Below are positions 1 through 9,688 of a stretch of 64,000 nt of DNA, piece by piece (the first letter of the stretch is position 1; every line of letters starts with the position of its first letter). A program made the position numbers and the translations under genes. The notes under the pieces were generated by a model that saw only the letters and a list, made by a program, of their open reading frames with translations, made no database searches and was not told where the DNA came from. This DNA is from Gammaproteobacteria bacterium (lineage in GTDB: Bacteria; Pseudomonadota; Gammaproteobacteria; Steroidobacterales; Rariloculaceae). The stretch is taken from assembly GCA_022819855.1 (NCBI GenBank), contig JAJEGN010000004.1:47128-111127 (forward strand), in the 5' to 3' direction.

Positions 1-641
1 ACGAGCTGCAGGTGCTCGCCGTAGCGGGTGAAGAACTCGGTCATCGTTGCGAGATCGCTCGTCGGGGCGCCGTTGCGCTGCAGCCAGCCCGTCTTGATGT
101 GGGTCGTGGCGACGACGAGCGTGTTGCGTTCCCAGCGGCCCGTCGAGAAGCCCGCCCAGGAGTGCGGCGCGAGTTCGGACGGATGGGGCCTGCCGTCCAT
201 CCAGATCGTGCGCGGCCGGCCGTAGCTGCCGGCGAGCCGGTAGGCGATGAGATCGCCGGAGCGCTCGTCGACGATCTTCGAGAAGCGGATCGTTGCGGGT
301 CCGCGCAGTGCGTAAGTCACGACATGCGGGATGCACTGCCATTCGGGGATGGAGCGCATCGCCTCGTCCCAGGTCGCCGCCCGGAGGAATCCCGCCGGGT
401 TCAGCGGCAGACCCGTGTAGTCGCCGAGCCGCATGCCGCCGCGGTGCGGAAGATCCTCGTGAAAGATCGCGCCCCATTCGCCCGAGACGTCGACCTGGGC
501 GGCGGCGGATCCGACAAGGGCGAGGCTTGCCGCGCAGATCAGTGTGGCGAGTCGGGAACGGCCACCGGAGCGCCCGTGCCTTGGGCAAGCGCGGCGCCTG
601 GTGCGCTGGCGGGCAAGTCCTGCAGCAGTCGTCTGCCGCAA
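1..641 (-). CDS. Secreted uncharacterised Cys-pair / W-x-G-x-T-L family protein, truncated by window start (not in ORF track)
   Basis: Manual minus-strand translation: ...ASLALVGSAAAQVDVSGEWGAIFHED...WQCIPHVV...RTIWMDGRPHPSELAPHSWAGFSTGRWERNTLVVATTHIKTGWL. Shares motifs with 6123..7046 and 7075..8145. TTG start at 641 is tentative. Confidence 0.8.
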   Translation of the reverse strand, partial: MRQTTAAGLARQRTRRRACPRHGRSGGRSRLATLICAASLALVGSAAAQVDVSGEWGAIFHEDLPHRGGMRLGDYTGLPLNPAGFLRAATWDEAMRSIPEWQCIPHVVTYALRGPATIRFSKIVDERSGDLIAYRLAGSYGRPRTIWMDGRPHPSELAPHSWAGFSTGRWERNTLVVATTHIKTGWLQRNGAPTSDLATMTEFFTRYGEHLQL

Positions 642-645
642 GCGA

Positions 646-3600
646 CTACTCCCGGCCGGCCTCGGCCAGCATGACAAGCGACGGCAGCAGGAACAGTATG
701 AAGAGCCCGGAGAAAACGAGTCCGCCGAGCATGCTGACCACGAACGGCACGAGGAACAGCAGCGCCTCGCTGCGTTCGTAGAGAAGCGGAGCCAGCGCCA
801 GGACAGTGGTGAGGCTCGTCAGGAAGACCGCCCGGAATCGGCTGCGGGTCGCCGCGGATGCTGCCGCGATCGCCGGGAGCATCTCGTTCTCGCGGCGCAT
901 CGTGTTGTAGCGATCCATGAGCACGAGCGCGTCGTTGACGATGACGCCGCCGACGCCGATGACGCCCATCAGGGACAAGGCGCCGAAGTCCCACCCCAGT
1001 ATCCAGTGACCGATGACGGAACCTGAGAACGCGATCGGAATTCCGAGGACCGCGATCAGGGGCTTCCAGTAGCTGCGCAAGAATGCCGCGATGAGGACGT
1101 AAATCCCGATCAACAGCAGCGGAACCAGCACGGCCAGCGTTGCGATCAGCGTCGCTTCTTCGCGTATGCTGCCGTCAGCTTCGATCGTGAGATCGGGGAA
1201 TCTCTCGAGCAGGCCGGGAACGATGTTCGCGTTGATCGCCCGCCTCGCCTGCAGCGGCGTCACCGCCAGCGAGTCGGCACTGGCGCTCACGCGGGCGGTC
1301 TGTTGGCCGTCGATGCGGGTCAGTGTCGACAGTTCGCGCTGCTCGATCAGGTTCGCCACGGTCGCGAGCGGGACCTCGCCACCGGATGTTCCGGCTTCGC
1401 GGCCCGGACGGTGGATACGCTCGCCGGCGAGTTCTGCGAGACTGCGGCGCTCTTCCGCCGGGTATCGCACCACGACCCTGACTTCATCCTGGCCGCGCTG
1501 AATGCGCTGGACCTCCGCCCCGTAAAGGGTTGCGCGCAACTGTGCGCCGATCACCGCCGGCGAGAGTCCGGCCGCCACTCCCGCGGGAGTGAGTTCGACT
1601 TCCAGGTGTCGTTTGCCGAGCGTCAGGCTGTCGCTGATTCCGTAGACACCCGGTATCGCGGCCATACCGGCCGTCAGTTCGCGTGTGGCCTCTTCGAGCG
1701 CGTCGCTGTCGTCGTGCTTGAGGGCGTATGCGATTCCGGGCGCAGCCCGGGTGCGCGTGGAGAAATACACGACCTCCTCGAGGTACGCGACATCGCCGAC
1801 GTTCTCCCGCCATTGCCGCTGAACGTCCGGAATGGAGGCGCGACGCGTCGGAGTGTCGTTGAGGTGGACCACGACTGACGCCAGGTGGCTTCGGTTCGGC
1901 AACAGCGAGCGCGTCGCAGGCACGAGGCGGTTGCCGGCCATGAGGCTGATCGATTCCACCGTTGTCCCGTCGAATTGATCGTTGAGGGCTTGAGCGGCGG
2001 AGACGAATCGTTCGGCCGTGGCAAGGGTGACCTCGAATGGCGATCCCACCGGCAGGGTCAGGTCCGCCTGAATGTCGTCGGCGACGTTGGTCATCGTATC
2101 GAAGTAGATGACCCTGACCGCGTCGATACGGATCAGCGCCAGGGCGAGGACCACAAGCAGCACACCGCAAACGGGCGCGAACCAGACGCGGCGAATCGAC
2201 CACGAGACCGCGGGAACGACGATCCTGTCGCGAAACGTGAGCAGCCGGTCTCGCGCGCGCGCCTGGATGGTGCTCAGCGGAGGGAGGCTCCACGGTTTTT
2301 CATGTGCGAGATGCGCGGGCAGGACGAAGAAGGCTTCGACCAGGGACACAATCAGTACGAACAACGCCACGTACGCGAAGACATTGACGATCTGGATTCT
2401 TGGCGACGTGATAAAGAAAAACGGCGTGAAGGCGAGAATCGTCGTGACTGCGCCGATGGTTATGGGGCCGACCATGGCCCTTGCGCCGGAAACGGCAGCC
2501 TCGAGCGGGCCCTTGCCGCCCTCGCGTTCCGCCGCGATGCTCTCGCCGACGACCACGGCATCGTCGACCACGATGCCCACCATGAGGAAGAACGCGAAGA
2601 TCGTGCCGAGGTTCAACGTCAGGTTCGCAGGCCCGAAGAACATCAGCGAGCCGATGAAGGACAAGGGAATGCCCACCGTGACCCAGGTGGCCACGCGCAG
2701 GTCGAAGAACAGCAGCAGGCACAGCAGGACCAGCACCGTACCGATGACGGCGTTGCGAACGATGAGCGATATCCTGTCGACGGCTTCGTTGCCGCGATCG
2801 TTCCACAGGCTGATGGCGATGCCGTCCGGGGGGCGCATACCGGAGAGCCAGCTTCTTATTTCCTCGCCCATCGTGACGATCGACTGTTGCCCGGTTGCGT
2901 CGACGCGAACCAGCACGGCGGGGTCTCCATCGACTCGCGTGACGATGTCCTCGTCGACGAATCCGTCGCGAATCTCCGCCACGTCGCCGAGCGTCACGAT
3001 GGTCCCGCCGAGCCCGGTGATGAGCGGGATGTCCTCGAATTCGTCGCCGAACTGCCGCTTGGAAACCGTGTGCAGCACCAGTCCGCCGGCGCCCGTGCGC
3101 AGTTCGCCGAACGTGAGATTCAGCGAGGCTCGCCGCACCGCTTCGCTTATCAGGTTGATCGACAGCGCATTGCGGCGCAGATCTTCTTCGCTGACCTCGA
3201 TCGTGATTTCGCGATCTCGCGTGCCGAGCAGCGAAACCTGGGAAACGGACGGCAACTCCAGCAACCCTTCGCGAATCTCCTCGGCCGCCGACCGAATCTC
3301 GTTCTCGGTCGCCGTCGGCGACGAAACGGCGAGTGTCAGGACCTCGATCTCGACCCGGTCGAATTCGATTTCAGGCCGCTCGGCCGTGACCGGCGGAAAG
3401 TTCTCGATCTGGTTCACGGCGTTCTGGACATCGTCGAGAACGTCGCTGGCGTTGGCGAAGGTAGCGACTTCGACGCGCACCCGCGCCAGACCCTCGTTGG
3501 CGGTAGCCTCGACCCGCGCCACGCCCGGCAGCCCGATGACGCTGTTCTCGATCCGGCGAACGATGTCTTCCTCGATCTCGCGCGGCGACGTTCCGGGGGC

Positions 3601-3756
3601 CCTGACGCTCACCATGACTCCGCGCAGATCGAGTTCGGGAAAACTCTGGATGGGTAGATTGGCGCCCGCGAGCAGGCCGCCGACGATGAGGAAGGCCAAC
3701 AGCAGGTTGGCCGCGATCGGATTTCCGGCGAAGTAGGCTATCGGCCCCTTTTGCAC
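646..3756 (-). CDS. RND efflux transporter permease (AcrB/AcrD/AcrF family)
   Basis: NPIAANLL N-terminus, GIVVDDAVVVGE in TM4, GVIVNDALVL and RFRAVFLTSLTT in the C-terminal half. Start reassigned to GTG 3756 (ORF track start 3864). Confidence 0.92.
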   Translation of the reverse strand: MQKGPIAYFAGNPIAANLLLAFLIVGGLLAGANLPIQSFPELDLRGVMVSVRAPGTSPREIEEDIVRRIENSVIGLPGVARVEATANEGLARVRVEVATFANASDVLDDVQNAVNQIENFPPVTAERPEIEFDRVEIEVLTLAVSSPTATENEIRSAAEEIREGLLELPSVSQVSLLGTRDREITIEVSEEDLRRNALSINLISEAVRRASLNLTFGELRTGAGGLVLHTVSKRQFGDEFEDIPLITGLGGTIVTLGDVAEIRDGFVDEDIVTRVDGDPAVLVRVDATGQQSIVTMGEEIRSWLSGMRPPDGIAISLWNDRGNEAVDRISLIVRNAVIGTVLVLLCLLLFFDLRVATWVTVGIPLSFIGSLMFFGPANLTLNLGTIFAFFLMVGIVVDDAVVVGESIAAEREGGKGPLEAAVSGARAMVGPITIGAVTTILAFTPFFFITSPRIQIVNVFAYVALFVLIVSLVEAFFVLPAHLAHEKPWSLPPLSTIQARARDRLLTFRDRIVVPAVSWSIRRVWFAPVCGVLLVVLALALIRIDAVRVIYFDTMTNVADDIQADLTLPVGSPFEVTLATAERFVSAAQALNDQFDGTTVESISLMAGNRLVPATRSLLPNRSHLASVVVHLNDTPTRRASIPDVQRQWRENVGDVAYLEEVVYFSTRTRAAPGIAYALKHDDSDALEEATRELTAGMAAIPGVYGISDSLTLGKRHLEVELTPAGVAAGLSPAVIGAQLRATLYGAEVQRIQRGQDEVRVVVRYPAEERRSLAELAGERIHRPGREAGTSGGEVPLATVANLIEQRELSTLTRIDGQQTARVSASADSLAVTPLQARRAINANIVPGLLERFPDLTIEADGSIREEATLIATLAVLVPLLLIGIYVLIAAFLRSYWKPLIAVLGIPIAFSGSVIGHWILGWDFGALSLMGVIGVGGVIVNDALVLMDRYNTMRRENEMLPAIAAASAATRSRFRAVFLTSLTTVLALAPLLYERSEALLFLVPFVVSMLGGLVFSGLFILFLLPSLVMLAEAGRE

Positions 3757-3787
3757 AGCAGCTCCCGGTATTGCGAACGGCGGGCGC

Positions 3788-4852
3788 TTACTGGCCGACG
3801 ATGTCGACCGCCAGACCCTCTGCGGCGCCCGGCAGAGTTCCGACGACGATGCCCTGGCCGGCATCGAAGCTCTCGACCACCAGGCCCTCGCTCGTGCGCC
3901 CGATCGCCCGCGGCGTGACGAGGCTCAGGGCGCCGTCGTTGACGACCCAGACCGTATCGCGCTGCTGCAGGACGGCGTCCGGCAGCGTGTAGACGTTCTC
4001 GAACGCCGGCCCGTCGATCTCGATCTCGACGAAGCTGCCCGGCGGGGGCAGCGCGGCCGTCGTCTCGTCCGTTGCGAAGCGCAGAAATATCGATGCGAGA
4101 CGCGTCTGCGGCGCGACGACGGATGAGACGCGCACGACTTCCGCCGCGTAGGTCTCCGAATCCGCCTGGATGCGGGCGGTACGTCCGACCGCTGGCCCGA
4201 GGTAGTCGAGATCCTGCGTGCTGATCGGGGCATCGACCTCGAGCCCGTCGCTTCGATAGACGATGCCCATGGTCGCCGCTGGACCTGCGTATTCGATCGA
4301 TCCGACGAGTTCGCCGACTTCGATGTCCGAATTGACGACCTGGACTTCAAAAGGATACGAGATTTCCGTTCGGCCGAGTTCAAGCTGCGCGAGCGCAAGT
4401 TCCGCCTGCGCGGCGTCCAGTGCCGCGCCGCCGGCCGGCGCGGCCAGTCTCACCCCGGCTTCGGCGGCTTGCACGCGCAGTTCATACTCGCTCGGGTCGA
4501 TCCTGACCAACGGTTCGTTCGCCGGGATCGTTCCGCCGTTTCGAAACTGCGGCGAAACGAAGACGACGCGGCCTTCGACCTCCGACATGACGGTGATGCG
4601 GGCATCGGTCCTGACGCTGCCGGTCAGTTCCACCGTGAGCGACTGCGCCGTCACGGACGGCTGCAGCACGGTGACCAGCGCGTTTCCGGCCTCGTTCGGC
4701 GCGATTACACCGACGCTGAGTTCCTCGCGGTCGGGCGCGCGTGCGAGGTAGAGCGCGATTACGATGACGACCGCGATCAGCGCCGCCTGCGCGTAGCCTG
4801 TCCAGTTCGCCCGGTCGTCGCGGTTTCCGGTATCGCCCGATTCGTTTGCCAC
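3788..4852 (-). CDS. RND periplasmic adaptor (membrane fusion protein)
   Basis: N-terminal TM helix, lipoyl half-motifs (SEVEGRVV...LVRIDPSEYEL; RTEISYPF), PPGSFVEIEI; directly upstream of the RND permease. Confidence 0.88.
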   Translation of the reverse strand: MANESGDTGNRDDRANWTGYAQAALIAVVIVIALYLARAPDREELSVGVIAPNEAGNALVTVLQPSVTAQSLTVELTGSVRTDARITVMSEVEGRVVFVSPQFRNGGTIPANEPLVRIDPSEYELRVQAAEAGVRLAAPAGGAALDAAQAELALAQLELGRTEISYPFEVQVVNSDIEVGELVGSIEYAGPAATMGIVYRSDGLEVDAPISTQDLDYLGPAVGRTARIQADSETYAAEVVRVSSVVAPQTRLASIFLRFATDETTAALPPPGSFVEIEIDGPAFENVYTLPDAVLQQRDTVWVVNDGALSLVTPRAIGRTSEGLVVESFDAGQGIVVGTLPGAAEGLAVDIVGQ

Positions 4853-5006
4853 TTCGATTCTTCTTGATATTTCGGGAAGTGTCGAATGGTAAGCCGTTTT
4901 CGCCGGTGGAAGCTAGCCGTTGGCGAAACGCGGCGTCGCCGCCTGTTCCGCAGTCTTCGGCGAGGCGGTCGTGCGCCCCATCCAGCGGGCGTATCGCCGC
5001 AGCTTC

Positions 5007-5708
5007 CTAGCCCCGCGGCGGTTCGCCGATGCCGCCGATGCTCCCGTCCTCGCGCTCCACGGGCGTGCGGCCGAGCACGATGTCGAAGTTGGCCGTGAGT
5101 TCGCCGATCGTCGAGCCCGGCAGGGGGTGGTACTCGACCATGAGCGTCTCGAGCGCGGCCGGATCGCCGACGCGGCGCAGGATGCGGTCGCGCGGGTTGT
5201 CCTCGTGGCCCTTGACGAGCGCCTGGGTCGCCATGATGCGCTGCCCGGACTTGCTGACCGCGACGTGAATGTGCGCCGCGCGGAAGGTGCCTCCGAGCGT
5301 GTAGGAGGTGGGCTTGATCGTGCGGAAGTAGTAGCGCCCCTCGGCGTCGGTCAGAAAGCGTCCGTAGCCCTGGAAGTTCGTGTCGAGCCTGCCGTCGTGC
5401 CGACCCTCGGTATGGATGTACGAGCCGTGCATGTCGGACTGCCAGATCTCGATGAACGCGTTGCGCACGGGGCTGCCGCTCGGGCCGAGCAATCTGCCCG
5501 TGAGGTGCGTGATCTCGCCGATGGCAGGCGTGATGCTGTCGTTGATGATGAGCAGGTCGTTGTCGGTATCGAGCGGCATCCGGTCCGGATAGAAGGGACC
5601 GTCGCCGGTTCGCGCCGTTTCCGTCAGCGTGGCCGCGAAGACCCCGGGAACCGTGAACGCTGCGGCGCCGACCGTCATGCCGTGCAGGAATCTGCGCTTG
5701 GTCAACAT
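5007..5708 (-). CDS. Intradiol ring-cleavage dioxygenase family protein with Tat-like signal
   Basis: GPFYP, IEIWQSDMHGSY, YYFRTIKPTSY, RAAHIH (Tyr/Tyr/His/His iron ligands); N-terminal KRRFLHG. Confidence 0.88.
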   Translation of the reverse strand: MLTKRRFLHGMTVGAAAFTVPGVFAATLTETARTGDGPFYPDRMPLDTDNDLLIINDSITPAIGEITHLTGRLLGPSGSPVRNAFIEIWQSDMHGSYIHTEGRHDGRLDTNFQGYGRFLTDAEGRYYFRTIKPTSYTLGGTFRAAHIHVAVSKSGQRIMATQALVKGHEDNPRDRILRRVGDPAALETLMVEYHPLPGSTIGELTANFDIVLGRTPVEREDGSIGGIGEPPRG

Positions 5709-6122
5709 GATTGATCCCCCGATATTTCGTTGCTTGCTTCTTCGCGTACGAGACTACTCCCGCAGAAGGCGTCGGGCAAGCGGCTTCGTTTGGGACCATG
5801 ATCGATGTTTTCGATCACCGGGTCAGCCGCAGGCACATGGTGCGGGGTCCGGCAATCCGCGCGGCGCTGCGCACGTTGCGGGTTCGGCGGTACGCGGCGC
5901 GGACCGGCGCGCAAGCGACGCCCGTGCTGCGCGCGCACCGGAGAACGATCGAACTCATCGTCGAGCGCGCCTGATACCGCGAGGGTGTCCGGGCAGGGAC
6001 CCCGGTTGCCACGGGCAAGGTTCCTTTCGATAATCGGACGAGTCGCGCCGCAAGCGCAGCCGGGCGTCGCCGCAAGCGCTGACGCCCGCTCGTAGCGCCG
6101 TTGAGCCGGGGGTATCAACGCC

Positions 6123-7046
6123 ATGCAGATGGGATTCCGAGCAAGCTTGATCGCGTTCGCGTCGGTCCTGGCGGGCATCGCACTGGGCATGCAGGCGCCG
6201 CTTGCCGGGGCTCAGGACGGCGAAACCTACACCGCGCCGCGCACGGCCGACGGCCGACCCGACCTCAACGGCTTCTGGCAGGCGCTCAACACGGCCCATT
6301 TCGATCTCGAGGCGCACCCGGCGCGGCCGGCGATGGCGCTGATCCCGGCCCCGGCGCCCCCGGACCCGCCTGGACTGGACCGCGCGACGCCCGTCGAGTT
6401 GCCGGCGCCGGCCGTGCGCGCGCTTGGCGCCGTCGGCGGTGTGCCCGCGGGCGAGAGCGTGGTGGTCGGCGGCACGATTCCCTACCAGCCCTGGGCGGCG
6501 GCGATGCAACAGGAAAACGCCGCGAACTGGCTGGAACGCGACCCCGAGATCAGGTGCTTCATGCCGGGCGTGCCGCGCGCGACCTACATGCCGTATCCAT
6601 TTCAGATCCTGCAGGGTAGCGACCAGATCCTGATCGCGTACGAGTTCTCCGGTACCACCCGCATCGTTCACATGAACGACGTCGGCACGAGCCCGGCGCC
6701 GACCTGGATGGGCTGGTCGCGCGGCCGCTGGGACGGCGACACGCTCGTCGTCGAGGTCACGAACTTCAACGGCCAGACCTGGTTCGACCGGGCCGGCAAT
6801 TTCCACAGCGACGCGCTCCGCGTCGTCGAACGCTACAGGCCGCTGAGCCCCTGGCACCTGCAGTACGAAGCGACGATCGAGGACCCGAACGTGTTCACGC
6901 GGCCATGGACGATTTCCATGCCGCTCTACCGGCGCCTCGAAGCCGACATGCAGTTGCTCGAATACAAGTGCGTGGAGTTCGTCGAGCAGTTGATGTACGG
7001 CGAGCTTGGTATCGTCGATCCGGCGACGGGGCAGCGCAATGAATGA
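6123..7046 (+). CDS. Secreted uncharacterised Cys-pair family protein (DUF6152 partner)
   Basis: Signal peptide; GRPDLNGFW, RCFMPGVP, MGWSRGRWDGDTLVVE, TIEDP, EYKCVE. Confidence 0.85.
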   Translation: MQMGFRASLIAFASVLAGIALGMQAPLAGAQDGETYTAPRTADGRPDLNGFWQALNTAHFDLEAHPARPAMALIPAPAPPDPPGLDRATPVELPAPAVRALGAVGGVPAGESVVVGGTIPYQPWAAAMQQENAANWLERDPEIRCFMPGVPRATYMPYPFQILQGSDQILIAYEFSGTTRIVHMNDVGTSPAPTWMGWSRGRWDGDTLVVEVTNFNGQTWFDRAGNFHSDALRVVERYRPLSPWHLQYEATIEDPNVFTRPWTISMPLYRRLEADMQLLEYKCVEFVEQLMYGELGIVDPATGQRNE

Positions 7047-7074
7047 GGCGGAGATGCCGCCCGGGAGGTTGCAG

Positions 7075-8145
7075 ATGCAGCATCATCAAGTGCGGGTCCG
7101 GCGACCGTTGGCGGTGGCCTTGCTTGCGGCGCTCGCCTGCGGACATCTCGCCGCGCAGCAGCCGGACGAGACCGAGGCCGATGCCCGGGCACAGTCAGCG
7201 GCCGAGCCGGCGTGGACCCAGCCGCGCACGCCCTGGGGCGATCCGGACCTGCAGGGCGTGTGGCGCTACGAAGCGACGATCCCGCTGGAGCGGCCCGCAC
7301 GCTATGCAGACCGCGCGTTCCTGACCGATGAAGAGATCGCCGCGATCGCCGAGACCGAAGAGGAACTCGCCGCGGCGCGGCTCGCGGGCCTCGACGGCAC
7401 CGACGTCGGCCGCCAGCCCGTCGCCGACTCGCCGATTCGCGGCAACGAATACAACAGCTTCTGGCAGGACCACGGGCGCGCGCGCCAGGTCTACCGGCAG
7501 ACCTCGCTGATCGTCGATCCGCCCGACGGCAGACTGCCGTATACGGACGACGCGCGCGTCGCGGCTCAGCGCACGGCCGCGCGCTACGGTGTCGGGCCGT
7601 ACGAGTCATATCTGGATCCCGATACCGGCGAGCGCTGCCTGACCGACGGCGTGACCGCGATCATGTGGCAGGGTCCGAACGGCGGCCATAACCGCATCGT
7701 GCAGAGCCCCGGCTACGTGACGATCCTGCACGAGGAGTACCGGGACCGCCGCATCATCCCGCTCGACGGGCGCGCGCCGAGCGAAATCCCGCAGTGGTTC
7801 GGTGACGAGGTGGGCTATTGGGACGGCGACACGCTCGTGGTCGAGACGACGAATTTTCTCGACCGGACCAACTACGAATGGGCGAATCTCTGGATGCGCG
7901 CTTCGGAGAACCTCAGGATCGTCGAGCGTTACACGCGCGTCGGCGACAACGCCATGGAATACACGATCACCGTCGAGGACCCGAAGACCTTCACGCAACC
8001 CTGGACCGCGCTCATACCGATCCTGAGGACGCCGGAAGGCACGCAGATCTACGAATACGCCTGTCACGAGGGCAACTACGCGATGGCCAACCTGCTGCGC
8101 GGCGCCCGCAATCAGGCGGCGAGTGACGAGGAAGACTCCGAATGA
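7075..8145 (+). CDS. Secreted uncharacterised Cys-pair family protein (DUF6152 partner)
   Basis: GGAGG RBS before ATG 7075 (alternative ATG 7039); GDPDLQGVW, ERCLTDG, GYWDGDTLVVETTNF, TVEDP, EYACHEGN. Confidence 0.85.
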   Translation: MQHHQVRVRRPLAVALLAALACGHLAAQQPDETEADARAQSAAEPAWTQPRTPWGDPDLQGVWRYEATIPLERPARYADRAFLTDEEIAAIAETEEELAAARLAGLDGTDVGRQPVADSPIRGNEYNSFWQDHGRARQVYRQTSLIVDPPDGRLPYTDDARVAAQRTAARYGVGPYESYLDPDTGERCLTDGVTAIMWQGPNGGHNRIVQSPGYVTILHEEYRDRRIIPLDGRAPSEIPQWFGDEVGYWDGDTLVVETTNFLDRTNYEWANLWMRASENLRIVERYTRVGDNAMEYTITVEDPKTFTQPWTALIPILRTPEGTQIYEYACHEGNYAMANLLRGARNQAASDEEDSE

Positions 8146-8277
8146 CCCGTATCCCGCCGTTCGCGGTTCCACGAGCCCCTGTTTCGTACCGGCCGTGGAC
8201 GTCAGGCATCCGCTTGTCCGGACGTTTGCGGGCAGCCGTTCCCCCCGTGGCGCCCGTCGCTATCCATGGAGATTCCA

Positions 8278-8682
8278 ATGCGCAATAAGCTTCTGGTTCC
8301 GATCGTTGCGCTCGGGCTGCTTGCCGGCGCCGCCGAGGCGGCCGCGCATCATGCGTTCGCGGCCGAGTTCGATTCCAGCCAGCCGATCGAGCTGCAGGGC
8401 ACGGTCGCGAGGGTCGAGCTCATCAACCCGCATTCCTGGATTCACCTCGACGTGACGCGGCCCGACGGCACCGTCGAACGCTGGATGATCGAGGGCGGAC
8501 CGCCGAACGCGCTCTTCCGGCGCGGCTTCACCCAGGATTCCCTGCCTGTCGGCACCGAGATCGTCGTCGAGGGATTCCGCTCGAGGGACGGGACGCTCAA
8601 GGCGAACGGCCGCGACATCACGCTGCCGGACGGCACTCGGCCGTTCACGGGTTCGTTCAGTACCGTCGGAATCGAACGCTAG
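8278..8682 (+). CDS. DUF6152-type secreted protein
   Basis: Signal peptide ending AAA, then HHAFAAEFD; INPHSW; WMIEGG. Confidence 0.85.
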   Translation: MRNKLLVPIVALGLLAGAAEAAAHHAFAAEFDSSQPIELQGTVARVELINPHSWIHLDVTRPDGTVERWMIEGGPPNALFRRGFTQDSLPVGTEIVVEGFRSRDGTLKANGRDITLPDGTRPFTGSFSTVGIER

Positions 8683-8767
8683 CGGTAGCGGAGCCCGCGC
8701 TGCGCGCCGACGGGCCTCGGGACCCGAACCGTCCGCCGGTTTCCAGCGCCCCGTCTGTTCGCCCGGC

Positions 8768-9688
8768 TCAAGCGAGACTGTCGAACAGCTCCTCCTGACG
8801 GCGCCGCTCGGCGGCATCCGGCAAGCGCCCGCGTGCGGCGCCGAAGTTGTCCTCGACGTGGCGCACCTGGCGCGTGCCGGGGATGGCGACCGTCACCGCC
8901 GGGTGCGAGATGATGTACTTGAGGAAGAACTGCGCCCAGCTCGTGCAATCGAAGTCGGCCGCCCACTCGGGCAGCTCCTGGCCCTCGACGGCGTTGAAGA
9001 TCGACCGACGGGCGCCCCGGAAGGGCAGGTTGATCATGACGGCGATGCCGCGGTCGGCCGCCGTCGGCAGCAGGCGCTCGGCCACGTCACGATCGCCGAG
9101 CGAGTAGTTGAACTGCACGAAGTCGACGTCCTCGCTGAGCATGAACTGCTCCATCTCCCCGTGCTGGTCGCGCGAGGACACCGATGCGCCGATGTAGCGG
9201 AAGCGGTTGGCCGCCTTCCACTCGCGCAGCAGCGGCAGCTCCGTATCGGTATTGACGAGCTGATGGACCATCATGAGATCGATCTGCTCGGTCCTGAGCC
9301 GCTCGAAGGAATTGCGAAAACCATCGACGCCGCGAATCTGACCGCGGATATCGGTCTTGGTCGCGAGGAAGAGCTCGTTGCCGATGCCGAGTTCGGTTGC
9401 GAGGTCGCCGATCACGGCTTCCGAAGTGCCGTAGGCCGCCGCCGTGTCCATGACCTGGCCGCCGAGTTCGACGAACCGCGCCATCGTATCGCGCAGCGGC
9501 GCGCGCTCCTCCTCCGACTCGCCGACGCCGTACCGGTTCGTGCCGATGCCGATCGGCGGGATCATCTCGCCGCTTGAAGGGATGGGTTTGAGGATCGCTT
9601 CGCCCGATTGTGCGAACAGTTTCGGCGTCCCCAGGGTCACTGCAGCTCCAGCTCCGGCCTTGAGCGCATCGCGTCGTGTCATCGGCAT
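8768..9688 (-). CDS. Aldo/keto reductase with Tat-like signal
   Basis: TRRDALK; IGIGT, MDTAAAYG, LATK, IDLMMVH, VQFNYSL, AIPGT. Confidence 0.9.
   Translation of the reverse strand: MPMTRRDALKAGAGAAVTLGTPKLFAQSGEAILKPIPSSGEMIPPIGIGTNRYGVGESEEERAPLRDTMARFVELGGQVMDTAAAYGTSEAVIGDLATELGIGNELFLATKTDIRGQIRGVDGFRNSFERLRTEQIDLMMVHQLVNTDTELPLLREWKAANRFRYIGASVSSRDQHGEMEQFMLSEDVDFVQFNYSLGDRDVAERLLPTAADRGIAVMINLPFRGARRSIFNAVEGQELPEWAADFDCTSWAQFFLKYIISHPAVTVAIPGTRQVRHVEDNFGAARGRLPDAAERRRQEELFDSLA

Noticed and set aside
12-674. Plus-strand ORF at the window start
   Set aside because: Shadow of the real minus-strand gene at 1..641.
6046-6079. CGCCGCAAGCGC direct repeat upstream of 6123
   Set aside because: Short, GC-rich, two copies only; no supporting context.
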